Both the position numbers and the translations under genes were made by a program. The notes beneath the pieces are model-generated. The model had not been told where the DNA came from and searched no databases. It saw only the letters and a list, made by a program, of their open reading frames with translations. This document shows positions 10,826 through 20,055 of a stretch of 64,000 bases of DNA, piece by piece (positions within the stretch are counted from its first letter, which is position 1; every line of letters starts with the position of its first letter). This stretch comes from Verrucomicrobiota bacterium (lineage in GTDB: Bacteria > Verrucomicrobiota > Verrucomicrobiia > Limisphaerales > AAA164-E04): NCBI GenBank assembly GCA_047947115.1, contig CP170459.1:4448001-4512000 (forward strand), read 5' to 3'.

Positions 10826-11448
10826 GAGGACACCTTCCCTTTCCCAGGCTTTTTCTGCCCGATTTTGGATTCCGTCCCTTGCAGGATTCGCTGGATATTC
10901 GCACGGTGTTTTACGATCGCCAGCAGTGACATGAGGATGCATACCCCCAGAATCGGGCCGGGTTCCTGTCGATACCAAACAACCACAGGAAGAGCCACAG
11001 CCGCCATGATCGATCCAAGGGAAACCATCCTGCTGATACCAAGAAAAACCAGAAAAGAAGTCAACGCCCCCAAAAAGCCCCAAGGCGTCAATGCAACCAG
11101 GACCCCAGCTGAGGTGGCGATGCCTTTGCCACCTCTAAAACGCAACCAAGGGGTGTAATTGTGCCCCAACACACTCGCAAACCCACCCACGATCAAAATC
11201 CAAATGGGATTTCCACCGGATGCCCCCATCAACCACAAGCCACCCTTGCATCCAATCCACCCCTTCAGTCCGTCGATGAACAAAACAGTCACCCCCTCCT
11301 TCCATCCCAATATGCGAAACACGTTGGTAGCACCAATGTTACCACTCCCTTGCGCTCGAATATCCATACCGCGTCGCTTTGCTGCGAGGTAGCCCGTGGG
11401 TAATGACCCGGCCAAATACCCGAATACGATGGCGAAAAAATAAATCAT
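10822..11448 (-). CDS. plsY: Glycerol-3-phosphate 1-O-acyltransferase
   Basis: YLAGSLPTG, DIRAQGSGNIGATNVFR, LGHNY..W..FRGGKGIATSAG, HRANIQRIL.GTE. Confidence 0.97.
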   Translation of the reverse strand: MIYFFAIVFGYLAGSLPTGYLAAKRRGMDIRAQGSGNIGATNVFRILGWKEGVTVLFIDGLKGWIGCKGGLWLMGASGGNPIWILIVGGFASVLGHNYTPWLRFRGGKGIATSAGVLVALTPWGFLGALTSFLVFLGISRMVSLGSIMAAVALPVVVWYRQEPGPILGVCILMSLLAIVKHRANIQRILQGTESKIGQKKPGKGKVSS

Positions 11449-11596
11449 AATGATGTGGTTTTATGGGTTGCATGCTGCCTTGGTTCGGGCGAACACATCA
11501 AGAGGCAATTCATTCAGTTGTTGGGAGATTGACAGGAAGCTTCTCCCAAGCCTACTGAAATGGGAACAAGTGAATCAGAGATCAACGGACAAAACA

Positions 11597-11779
11597 ATGA
11601 GCCAGGACAACACATCACCCGAATCCAAACCAAAGGCAACGCAGACTTCCGGACAGGACGGAACCACCCCGAGTTCCCCCTCCCCAGCAGCCGAGAAAGA
11701 AACCTTGAGCAAGGAAGAACAAATGGCTCGTTTCGAGGAGGCTTTGAAGGATGAAGACTGGGGACACCAGCCTTGCTGA
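11597..11779 (+). CDS. Small hypothetical protein (60 aa) ending EEALKDEDWGHQPC
   Basis: ATG at 11597 within the 11450-11779 ORF, with TTGACA upstream at about 11529. Low-complexity N-terminus followed by a helical acidic C-terminus ending in WGHQPC. Confidence 0.6.
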   Translation: MSQDNTSPESKPKATQTSGQDGTTPSSPSPAAEKETLSKEEQMARFEEALKDEDWGHQPC

Positions 11780-12000
11780 TTGCGTGTAAGGTTTCATCTG
11801 AAAAATTATCATGATCCTGCGCAGCTGAAAATCACCTCTGGCACCTCGCGGACACATGTCCCTCCTCATGAGGTCAAGGAGCACTCATCCAATAAATCAG
11901 ACGTCAAGAAGCCGTCAGCATAACACTGGCGATATCCGATTCCGCAGGCATCGGGAAACGGGATGAAATCTGTCTCCATAAAATAAACCGCTTCGTAACC

Positions 12001-12029
12001 TTGACTCGAAAGGGCCGCGTTCCTAAATT
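12001..12029 (+). promoter_or_regulatory. sigma70-type promoter of tig
   Basis: TTGACT-17 bp-TAAATT about 100 nt upstream of the tig GTG. Confidence 0.6.
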
Positions 12030-12130
12030 ACCCGGCTCACGTGTCGTGGAATCGGCACGCATCCGGCAGTATGGAACTTGATGCCGTTGAGAGGCTAGAT
12101 ACTGGCGAACATAAGCAAAGGATTTGAAGA

Positions 12131-13471
12131 GTGAATATAGCGATAGAAAATCTGGGTCCCTGTAAACAACTTATTCGGGTGGACGTGCCCGAGGACAAAG
12201 TCAAGGAAGCGATGGATTCCACCACCAAGGAATTCACGAAATACGCGAACCTTCCAGGTTTCCGCGCCGGCAAGGCCCCGAAACATATGGTCCTCAAATC
12301 GTACGGAGACCGCATCGAACAGGAAGTCCGCCGCGAGCTGGTCAATGAGGGCTACAAAAAGGCCATCAAGGATAACGACATGCATATTGTTGGCAATCCG
12401 GATGTGGAAGAAATCCAGTTCGGCAACGGACTCCCTTTCCAGTTTGCCATCACAGTCGAAACCGCACCGGATTTCGAAATCCCCGAATACAAAGGGATCA
12501 AGATCAAAAAGGAAATGCGCTCAGTAACAGAAGAAGACGTGGATCATGCGATGGGCGTGCTACAGGACCGCCAATCCAAATTTGAAAACGTCGAACGTGA
12601 AATCGCCGAGAACGACTATGCCGTCATCGATTACACCGGTCAATGTGAGGGAAAACCCATCACAGAGATCGCTCCGAAGGCCACCAGCCTGGAAAAAAAG
12701 GAAAATTTCTGGCTGCACGTTCATGACGGACATTTTATCAAGGGATTCCCAGAACAGCTGGTAGGGCTTAAGGCGGGCGACAAGAAGGAAATCTCGGTCA
12801 CCATTCCCGAAGATTTCGTCATCAAGGAATTGGCGACCAAAGAAGCGACTTTCTCTGTTGAAGTGAAGGAAGTGAAGGTCAAGCAGTTGCCGGAGATTGA
12901 TGATGAATTTGCCAAGCAGTTCGGTGCGGAAGATGTCGAGTCGTTACGCGAAGGAGTTGAGAACGATCTTGAGAACGAACTGAAAACAAGCCAGAAACGT
13001 TCGGCGCGCGATCAACTGGTCCAATACCTGTTGAACAGCGTTCACTGCGAACTGCCCGAGTCCATCGTTGATCAGGAAACCAAAAACGTGGTCTACGATC
13101 TTGTTCGCGAAAACCAGCAACGCGGGGTCGCCAAGGAAACCATTGATGAAAAGAAGGATGAAATCTACACAGCGGCCTCACGCAGCGCAAAAGACCGCGT
13201 CAAAGTAGCCTTCATCATTGGTCGTATCGCCGCCAAGGAAAACGTCAAGGTCAGTAACGAAGAAATCAATCAGCGTATCGTTTACATGGCGCATTCTTAC
13301 AACATGCCGCCTGAGAAACTTGCCAAAAGATTGAAAGACCGTGGCGGTATCGCTGAAATTCAGGAACAAATCCTGACTTCCAAGGTGCTGGATCTTCTGG
13401 AACTTCAGGCAGAGGTGGAAGACGTCCTCCCTCAGCCGAAAGAGGAAGAACAACATCATCATCACGACTGA
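12131..13471 (+). CDS. tig: Trigger factor
   Basis: LPGFRAGKAP ribosome-binding signature, FKBP-type domain (FIKGFPEQLVGLKAGD), LPEIDDEFAK. Confidence 0.97.
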   Translation: MNIAIENLGPCKQLIRVDVPEDKVKEAMDSTTKEFTKYANLPGFRAGKAPKHMVLKSYGDRIEQEVRRELVNEGYKKAIKDNDMHIVGNPDVEEIQFGNGLPFQFAITVETAPDFEIPEYKGIKIKKEMRSVTEEDVDHAMGVLQDRQSKFENVEREIAENDYAVIDYTGQCEGKPITEIAPKATSLEKKENFWLHVHDGHFIKGFPEQLVGLKAGDKKEISVTIPEDFVIKELATKEATFSVEVKEVKVKQLPEIDDEFAKQFGAEDVESLREGVENDLENELKTSQKRSARDQLVQYLLNSVHCELPESIVDQETKNVVYDLVRENQQRGVAKETIDEKKDEIYTAASRSAKDRVKVAFIIGRIAAKENVKVSNEEINQRIVYMAHSYNMPPEKLAKRLKDRGGIAEIQEQILTSKVLDLLELQAEVEDVLPQPKEEEQHHHHD

Positions 13472-13503
13472 TCTTATAACATTTTAACGCGTCACAACGC
13501 ATC

Positions 13504-13537
13504 AACAGCCCGGACCATGGTTCGGGCTGTTTTTTTT
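13504..13537 (+). terminator. Rho-independent terminator after tig
   Basis: AACAGCCCGGACC-AT-GGTTCGGGCTGTT stem followed by a T run. Confidence 0.85.
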
Positions 13538-13662
13538 ATAGTTTAAAACACCCGTTGCAGGCGTCATTTTCCTGTCATTACCAGTTTCCTGGCGTATGGC
13601 GCATTCCTGTTCCAGCACTTCTGCGTGCCGTGAACATTGATCCCTCAGCTCACATTTTCGTT

Positions 13663-15099
13663 CTAAGCGATGATGTCGTGACAGACCGAACCACTGACAT
13701 CCGTCAGTCTAAAATCTCTTCCAGAGTATCGATAAGTCAATTGCTCGTGATCAAGCCCCATCAAGTATAGCAGAGTTGCGTGCAGATCATGAACATGCAT
13801 GGGGTTCTCGGTGGCGACCATACCGAGTTCATCAGAGTTTCCATAGGTCATACCTCCTTTGACCCCTCCTCCCGCCAGGAGCATGGAGAAAGCAGTGTGA
13901 TGATGATCCCGTCCCGCAGGCTTTTTATCATCATCGCGCGTTTCAGAGTAAGGCGTGCGACCAAATTCACCGCCCCATATCACCAGAGTGTCTTCCAACA
14001 ACCCACGCTGTTTCAAATCCTTGATCAACGCGGCCGTCGCCCGATCACTGTCCGCACACAGTCTGGTGTGCCCCTCGTTGTGGTTGGTATGCGTATCCCA
14101 AGGTTGATTGCCCTTGTTGGTGTAGTAGACAGTTACACAACGCACACCGGACTCCACCAATCGCCGGGCCATCAGGCAGGATTGCGCAAAGGTTGAATCT
14201 CCATACATTTCACGCGTGGCCGTAGTCTCTTTTTCCAGATCCAATGTTTCGAAAGCCTGCATCTGCATGCGGTAGGCCGTTTCCATGGATTTGATCTGAG
14301 CATCCAATTCGGAATCCCCCGCCCTGGATGCAAGGTGTTTTTGATTCAATGCCTGCACCAAATCCAACTGTTCACGCTGCTCCTTGAGCGAATACCTTGG
14401 ATTGCGGATATGCCGGATCAATTGATCAATTTTCAGATCCGAGGTCAGGATGCTGGTTGCCTGGTATTTTGCCGGTAAGAAGCTGTTGGACCAAAGTGCC
14501 GGTCCCACCACAATGTTGGGGCTGGGTCTCAGAACCACATAGCCGGGCAGGTTTTGATTTTCTGTTCCCAATCCGTAGAGCAACCAGGACCCAAAAGCAG
14601 GGCGAACCGGTTGAATATTCCCCGTATGCATCTGCAGCAAGGCAGGTTCGTGATTGGGCACATCGGTGTGCATGGACCGCAGGATGCAGCACTCATCAAT
14701 GACATCTGCCAGTTTCGGCAACGATTCGCTCACCTGAATACCACTCTGTCCATGGCGTGAGAATTTGAAAGGTGACGGCATGAAACCCGACGTCTTGGGT
14801 TTCTTGTAAAGATCGCCGCTGGGTTGACTGCCTTCATGCCTCGCCAGAGCTGGCTTGGGATCGAATGTATCAATATGGGACGGCCCACCGTTCATGAACA
14901 AAAAGATCACTCGCTTGGCCTTCGGTTTGATCAAGGCATGCTTGAGGGCCGGGGTTGACGTAATATCCGCATGGGCTTTCTGCCCGAACATGCCAAGCAA
15001 ACCCAGCATTCCAAAACCTGTGGCTGTCTGCTCCAACATGGCGCGTCTGGACAATGGAGCATTCATTCCGCGTGCATCAATCGGTGGGAAAGGTGTCAT
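13663..15099 (-). CDS. DUF1501 family protein with Tat-like signal
   Basis: LSRRAML twin-Arg, KRVIFLFMNGGPSHIDTFDPKP, WDTH, WGGEFGRTP, GRDH, HVHDLHAT. Confidence 0.93.
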   Translation of the reverse strand: MTPFPPIDARGMNAPLSRRAMLEQTATGFGMLGLLGMFGQKAHADITSTPALKHALIKPKAKRVIFLFMNGGPSHIDTFDPKPALARHEGSQPSGDLYKKPKTSGFMPSPFKFSRHGQSGIQVSESLPKLADVIDECCILRSMHTDVPNHEPALLQMHTGNIQPVRPAFGSWLLYGLGTENQNLPGYVVLRPSPNIVVGPALWSNSFLPAKYQATSILTSDLKIDQLIRHIRNPRYSLKEQREQLDLVQALNQKHLASRAGDSELDAQIKSMETAYRMQMQAFETLDLEKETTATREMYGDSTFAQSCLMARRLVESGVRCVTVYYTNKGNQPWDTHTNHNEGHTRLCADSDRATAALIKDLKQRGLLEDTLVIWGGEFGRTPYSETRDDDKKPAGRDHHHTAFSMLLAGGGVKGGMTYGNSDELGMVATENPMHVHDLHATLLYLMGLDHEQLTYRYSGRDFRLTDVSGSVCHDIIA

Positions 15100-15102
15100 G
15101 AT

Positions 15103-16977
15103 TCAGTCGAGGTAAAGCATTTCATTGGAGATCATCAGAGCCTGAGCCAGCATCCCGAGACGCTTTTCATCGGCTGCACCATCAGGGGATGCCGCCAGGA
15201 AAGCGCCAGCCAAGGCGCGTTCCGAATCATCAGGACTTCTTGCGAACACCTCCTGGTACAATTGAAGGATCAGATCCTGCTCGGATTGCTGCAGATCGAG
15301 GCGTTTCAAAAGGGCATCGGATTGGTTCATCATGAACGGACTGTTCATGGCAAAAAGCTTCTGAAGTGGCGTGGTGGTGCTGCTTCGTGATGCGGCATGC
15401 ACATTGGCGTCCGGATAATCCATCTGGATTAGAAGATCATTCAACTTGAGCCTGCTGATCCGTGCATAGACAGTCCGACGCACATTGTTCGGATCGTCCA
15501 ATTCCAATGATGCACCTCCCTTTTGTTGCAGGGTTCCGGCAACCGCCAAAAGGGAATCCCGCCACATTTCCACCCCCATCCTCCTTCTGGACATGCGCGT
15601 CAGCCAACGATTATCGGGATCGCGAAGAACACTGTCCTTTTCAGAGAGGGAATCCTGACGATAGGTTGCTGAAAGAACGATTTCCCGCACCAGACGTTTG
15701 GTGGATCCTCCTTGATGTAAAAACCTGACCGCCAAATCATCCATCAATTCGGGATGTGAGGGTTTTTCTCCCAAAGCCCCAAAATTACTCAAGGTCGGCA
15801 CCAGTCCCTTGCCAAAATAGAGAGCCCAAATGCGGTTGACATAGACGCGAGCTGTCAGGGGATTATCGGGCGAAGCAATCTCTTCAGCCAGTTCCCGCCG
15901 GCCACTTTCTCGGGTGTCAAATGCTTCCGGAGCGCCTTGACTCAACCAGGATATAAAACGACGGGGCACCACCTCCCCTTTTTGATCCACATTACCGCGT
16001 TCAAAAACATGCAGATCCTCGACTTTGCCATCCTTGACAATGTGCGCCGTGAATCGATGGGCTTTCATATCTTCTTCGCTGACCTGGTCCGCCGGTTTGT
16101 CGTATGCCACATTGACCAGATCGGTGCTCGCAAACACTCCGGCCACCCCGTAGTAATCCTCCATCGTAATCGGATCGAATTTATGGTCATGACACCGGGC
16201 ACACCCCACGGTCAGCCCCTGAAACGTGCGCATCACCGTATCAACCTGATCCGCCCACTCCTCGGCTTTGACATCCAGCCTGCCACGGTTGTAGTACTTT
16301 GGCCCAAGACCAATAAACCCGGTGGCCACCAAATCATCATGTGACGTATCTTCATACAGATCGCCAGCCAACTGCAGTTTGATGAAATCAGGATAAGCAA
16401 GATCCCGATTAAACGCATCGATCACCCAACGGCGGTAATGGTAGGCGTTGGGATAAAAATGCTTGGTGTCACTACCAACCTGATGTGCCTGATCCTCTGC
16501 ATATCGAGCAAGGTTCAGCCACATGCTCGCCATGCGCTCACCAAAACGTGGTGATTCCAGTAGCCGATCCACTCGTTGTTCATAAGCATCTGGAGCGGTA
16601 TCGTGGATAAAACCCTGCATTTCCTCAAAGGTTGGAGGCAAACCGGTCAAATCATAATAAAGTCGGCGCAACAATGTAGACCGGGAAGCCTCGGGAGCCG
16701 GATGGAGCCCATGGGCTTCCATAGTCGAAAGCACGTGGAAATCAATGGTCTGTCGCGGCCATGACTCGAGCTTCACCCTGGGACGCGTGGTTGCCTTAGG
16801 AGCCTGAACCGACCAAAAGTGATCGGCTTCCTGCCAATCAATGGCATCGGCCGACCGAACATGGGATGAACTTGCAAAGCCAAGGGTGAGCAAACTGAGC
16901 ACAACCCAGTTACGCCAAAGGAAGCCCGTAAACTCCAGACGGCACAATGAATATCGTATCAAGTTGAAAAAATGCAT
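15103..16977 (-). CDS. DUF1549/DUF1553 (PSD1-type) protein
   Basis: LLRRLYYDLTGLPP, CARCHDHKFDP, NPLTARVYVNRIW, PSHPELMD.LA, NEMLYLD. It lacks the N-terminal cytochrome c domain. Confidence 0.92.
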   Translation of the reverse strand: MHFFNLIRYSLCRLEFTGFLWRNWVVLSLLTLGFASSSHVRSADAIDWQEADHFWSVQAPKATTRPRVKLESWPRQTIDFHVLSTMEAHGLHPAPEASRSTLLRRLYYDLTGLPPTFEEMQGFIHDTAPDAYEQRVDRLLESPRFGERMASMWLNLARYAEDQAHQVGSDTKHFYPNAYHYRRWVIDAFNRDLAYPDFIKLQLAGDLYEDTSHDDLVATGFIGLGPKYYNRGRLDVKAEEWADQVDTVMRTFQGLTVGCARCHDHKFDPITMEDYYGVAGVFASTDLVNVAYDKPADQVSEEDMKAHRFTAHIVKDGKVEDLHVFERGNVDQKGEVVPRRFISWLSQGAPEAFDTRESGRRELAEEIASPDNPLTARVYVNRIWALYFGKGLVPTLSNFGALGEKPSHPELMDDLAVRFLHQGGSTKRLVREIVLSATYRQDSLSEKDSVLRDPDNRWLTRMSRRRMGVEMWRDSLLAVAGTLQQKGGASLELDDPNNVRRTVYARISRLKLNDLLIQMDYPDANVHAASRSSTTTPLQKLFAMNSPFMMNQSDALLKRLDLQQSEQDLILQLYQEVFARSPDDSERALAGAFLAASPDGAADEKRLGMLAQALMISNEMLYLD

Positions 16978-17139
16978 ACCGGGTTTCAGGAGAGCATACT
17001 ACACCATTCCACCCTGACAAGAGTGGAATAGGCTGCAAATCCAAGAAGGATCAGCCCTGAATGTTCAATATTGACTAAGTCCAATCCAAGTTTAAACAGA
17101 AATTGGATTCCTCCCCTGTCTTCCGTTATCATTCACGCC

Positions 17140-17841
17140 GTGACTGGCACTCTCATCAATGCGGTTGCCATCGTTTTGGGCGGTGGATTGGCTATGGTTT
17201 CCCGCAGGGATCTCCCTGAATCCGTGCAGCAAAAGATCAAACTGGCTCTGGGTTGCCTAGCCATGGTGGTGGGCATGCATCTGATCTGGATCTCCACCCA
17301 CGGCGGACTGCTGAGGCATGGCAAACAAATTCTGCTGCTCTTCGCAGCCATCACGATCGGCAATATACTGGGCATGATCCTGGGCATTCAAAAGTCGTTG
17401 AACCGACTGGCGGAATACGCAAAGAAACAGTTTCAGAAACCGGATCAGGCCAATGGATTCAAATTGACGTCGGCGTTGTTTTGCCTGACTCCGTTTGCCG
17501 TCATAGGAGCCACGTTGGATGGCATATCCGGCAATTACAGCGCATTGTTGGTCAAAGCCATCATGGACGGAGTGGCGGCACATTCTTTTACAAGAATATT
17601 TGGAAAATCTGTCATCTTGTCTGCGATTCCAGTGCTTGCATTTCAAGGCAATCTTTCATTGTTTACTCACTGGTTGGGAGGTAACCACCTATCCACGCAC
17701 ATGATGGAAGGCATCACAGGAGCATGTGGCATCATGGTTTTCACCTCGCTTGTGCTGATAATGGGCATCGGCCGGCCACGTCTCGGAGATTACCTGCCAT
17801 CCATGATTTTGGCGGCTTTGTTGGCTCATTGGTTCTGGTAG
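17140..17841 (+). CDS. DUF554 family membrane protein (YdfK/YqgA-like)
   Basis: GTLINAVAIVLGG, SALFC..PFAVIG, LLVKAIMDG, SAIPVLAFQG. The GTG at 17140 is preferred over the TTG at 17071. Confidence 0.85.
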   Translation: MTGTLINAVAIVLGGGLAMVSRRDLPESVQQKIKLALGCLAMVVGMHLIWISTHGGLLRHGKQILLLFAAITIGNILGMILGIQKSLNRLAEYAKKQFQKPDQANGFKLTSALFCLTPFAVIGATLDGISGNYSALLVKAIMDGVAAHSFTRIFGKSVILSAIPVLAFQGNLSLFTHWLGGNHLSTHMMEGITGACGIMVFTSLVLIMGIGRPRLGDYLPSMILAALLAHWFW

Positions 17842-17893
17842 AGCAGAGTCACACCACAGTACAAATCCGAACAATCAATCCAACCCTTGCTTC

Positions 17894-18997
17894 ATGAATC
17901 CCTCGTCCCTGAAAAACCGTGTTATCCTTCACGTGGACATGGATGCTTTTTTCGCCTCGGTCGAGCAACGTGATCGTCCGGAATGGAAAGGCAAGCCGGT
18001 CATTGTGGGAGCACCGGCTGATCGGCGGGGCGTGGTGTGTGCCGCCAGTTATGAGGCGCGCGTCTTTGGTGTTCGTTCGGCCATGCCCAGTCGCACGGCA
18101 AAAAAACTTTGTCCGAACGGAATCTTTGTTCCACCGGATATACCCAGATATCGGGAAGAATCCGAACGAATCATGAACATCATTCGTCCCTTCGCCGACA
18201 CCATCGAGCAAATGTCCATTGATGAAGCCTATCTGGACATGACCAATCGTTGCCAGGGAGTTGATGTGGAGGATGGCCTGATGGCGGCTTTGCCCGCGGC
18301 CAAAGCGCTGAAGGCATCCGTCCACTCCGAACGCGGACTCCACATCAGTGTCGGCATTGCCAGCAACAAAATGCTGGCCAAGATCGCCAGCGATTTTGAC
18401 AAACCCAACGGATTGACGCTCATTCCGGAACGAGACAAGGTCGCCTTTCTCGGCAATCTTCCGGTTCGTTCCATTCATGGCGTAGGCCAAGTCTCTGAAA
18501 ACATTTTACTGAAAGTCGGCCTGACCAAAATCAGAGACATCCAGGAGTACCCCGGAAGACTGGAATCCCTTTTGGGAAACTTTGGGCCGGCATTGAAAGC
18601 CTTTGCCATGGGGCTGGATGACCGTCCGGTTGAAACCAGTGAGGGAGTCAAAAGCATCAGCAGCGAGACAACATTTTCCGATGACACGGAAGACCGCGCC
18701 CTCTTAAAACGGGCATTGCTGGAACAGGCCGAAGAAATCTCCGAAAAACTGTCCCGTCATGGCCTCCTGGCCAAAACCGTTCAAGTAAAAGTCCGTTATA
18801 GTGATTTCACAACCTTATCAAGGCAGACAACCATCCTGGATGGGATTCAGGAAGCCAGAATCATCTATCGCACCGCTTGTCAATTGTTGGCCAGGGAACA
18901 ATTGGTTTCACGCCCCTTGCGATTGATCGGTATCGGCGCTTCCAAGTTTATCACTCAGGAACGTGAGCAATTGATCCTTCCCCTGATCTATTCATGA
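17894..18997 (+). CDS. dinB: DNA polymerase IV (Y family)
   Basis: HVDMDAFFASVEQ, ASYEAR.FGVRSAMP, SIDEAYLD, AKIASDFDKPNG, C-terminal clamp-binding-like QLILPL. Confidence 0.96.
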   Translation: MNPSSLKNRVILHVDMDAFFASVEQRDRPEWKGKPVIVGAPADRRGVVCAASYEARVFGVRSAMPSRTAKKLCPNGIFVPPDIPRYREESERIMNIIRPFADTIEQMSIDEAYLDMTNRCQGVDVEDGLMAALPAAKALKASVHSERGLHISVGIASNKMLAKIASDFDKPNGLTLIPERDKVAFLGNLPVRSIHGVGQVSENILLKVGLTKIRDIQEYPGRLESLLGNFGPALKAFAMGLDDRPVETSEGVKSISSETTFSDDTEDRALLKRALLEQAEEISEKLSRHGLLAKTVQVKVRYSDFTTLSRQTTILDGIQEARIIYRTACQLLAREQLVSRPLRLIGIGASKFITQEREQLILPLIYS

Positions 18998-19065
18998 TGG
19001 TAACAGTCCTCCAAGGTTGCCTCACGAGACGGAACACTTTACGATCACGCCACTTTTGAATCGGA

Positions 19066-20055
19066 ATGCAAATGTTTCCTCATGGACTCTATCTGATGTG
19101 TGGACTGGGAGCCGGATTGGCCACCTGGTTAGCCATGCGCTGGTGGCTGCCCTGGTGCCTCCGAAACGGGTGGATGGATCAGCCCGGGCACCGCAAGATC
19201 CACCATCAACCCATCGCCCTCGCCGGAGGACTGGCCGTTGGCACATCGCTGGCCCTGGTGTTCATCGGGAGCCTGTTTCTGATTCAACTACCTGTCTTGC
19301 CGGAAAAAGCGCTTGGCTACCTCCAGTATGGATTCCAACAGCGAGGCATCCAGGTGATGGGTCTGGTGGGTGGAATGTTGATCATGCTGGGTATCGGACT
19401 ATGGGATGACAAACACCTTCCGAAACCCGGCCCCAAATTCATTGCCCAAACCATCGCCGCGCTTCTGGTGGCGGCTTGCGGCATCCGCATCACCCTCTTT
19501 GTGGAAAATCCGTTCTTCAGCTATTTCGCAACCTGGTTCTGGATCCTGCTGGTGGTGAATGCCTGTAACTTTGTGGACAACATGAACGGTCTGTGCGCAG
19601 GACTCGGAGCCATCAGCGCTTTCTTCTTTGGCATACATTCTGCCATGCATACCCACTATCTGGTCGCCAGCCTGGCCTTTACGGTATGCGGTGGACTGAC
19701 TGGGTTCCTGCCATTTAATTACCCGAAAGCAAAATCATTCCTGGGGGATTCCGGAAGTCATTTGACTGGATTTCTCATGGCGGTCTTGTCCATTCTCCCG
19801 CATTTTTACCATGAAGGACAGCCCAACCGGTGGGCGGTCATCAGTCCCCTTCCCATCCTGGGGGTGTTTCTCATTGATTTCACCTGGGTGGTGCTTTACC
19901 GACTGCGCATTGGGCAACCGATTTATCAGGGTGACAATAATCACCTGTCGCACAAGCTGGTACAAAACGGAAACAGCCAGAGACGCGCTGTTGCGATACT
20001 CTGGCTGCTGCAAGTTGTGTTGGGACTGCTGTCTCTGGGGTTTGTCAGGCCATGA
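19066..20055 (+). CDS. MraY/WecA family (glycosyltransferase 4) polyprenyl-phosphate sugar-1-phosphate transferase
   Basis: DQPGHRKIH..P..LAGG, GLWDD, NACNFVDNMNGL, FNYPKAKSFLGDSGS, GDNNHLSHKL. Confidence 0.9.
   Translation: MQMFPHGLYLMCGLGAGLATWLAMRWWLPWCLRNGWMDQPGHRKIHHQPIALAGGLAVGTSLALVFIGSLFLIQLPVLPEKALGYLQYGFQQRGIQVMGLVGGMLIMLGIGLWDDKHLPKPGPKFIAQTIAALLVAACGIRITLFVENPFFSYFATWFWILLVVNACNFVDNMNGLCAGLGAISAFFFGIHSAMHTHYLVASLAFTVCGGLTGFLPFNYPKAKSFLGDSGSHLTGFLMAVLSILPHFYHEGQPNRWAVISPLPILGVFLIDFTWVVLYRLRIGQPIYQGDNNHLSHKLVQNGNSQRRAVAILWLLQVVLGLLSLGFVRP

Noticed and set aside
10826..11083. N-terminal extension of gpsA in the ORF track
   Set aside because: It overlaps plsY in another frame. The true start is the ATG at 10825.
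17842..17893. LexA box upstream of dinB
   Set aside because: Only a GAACA half-site is present. There is no correctly spaced TGTTC-N4-GAACA or CTGT-N8-ACAG.
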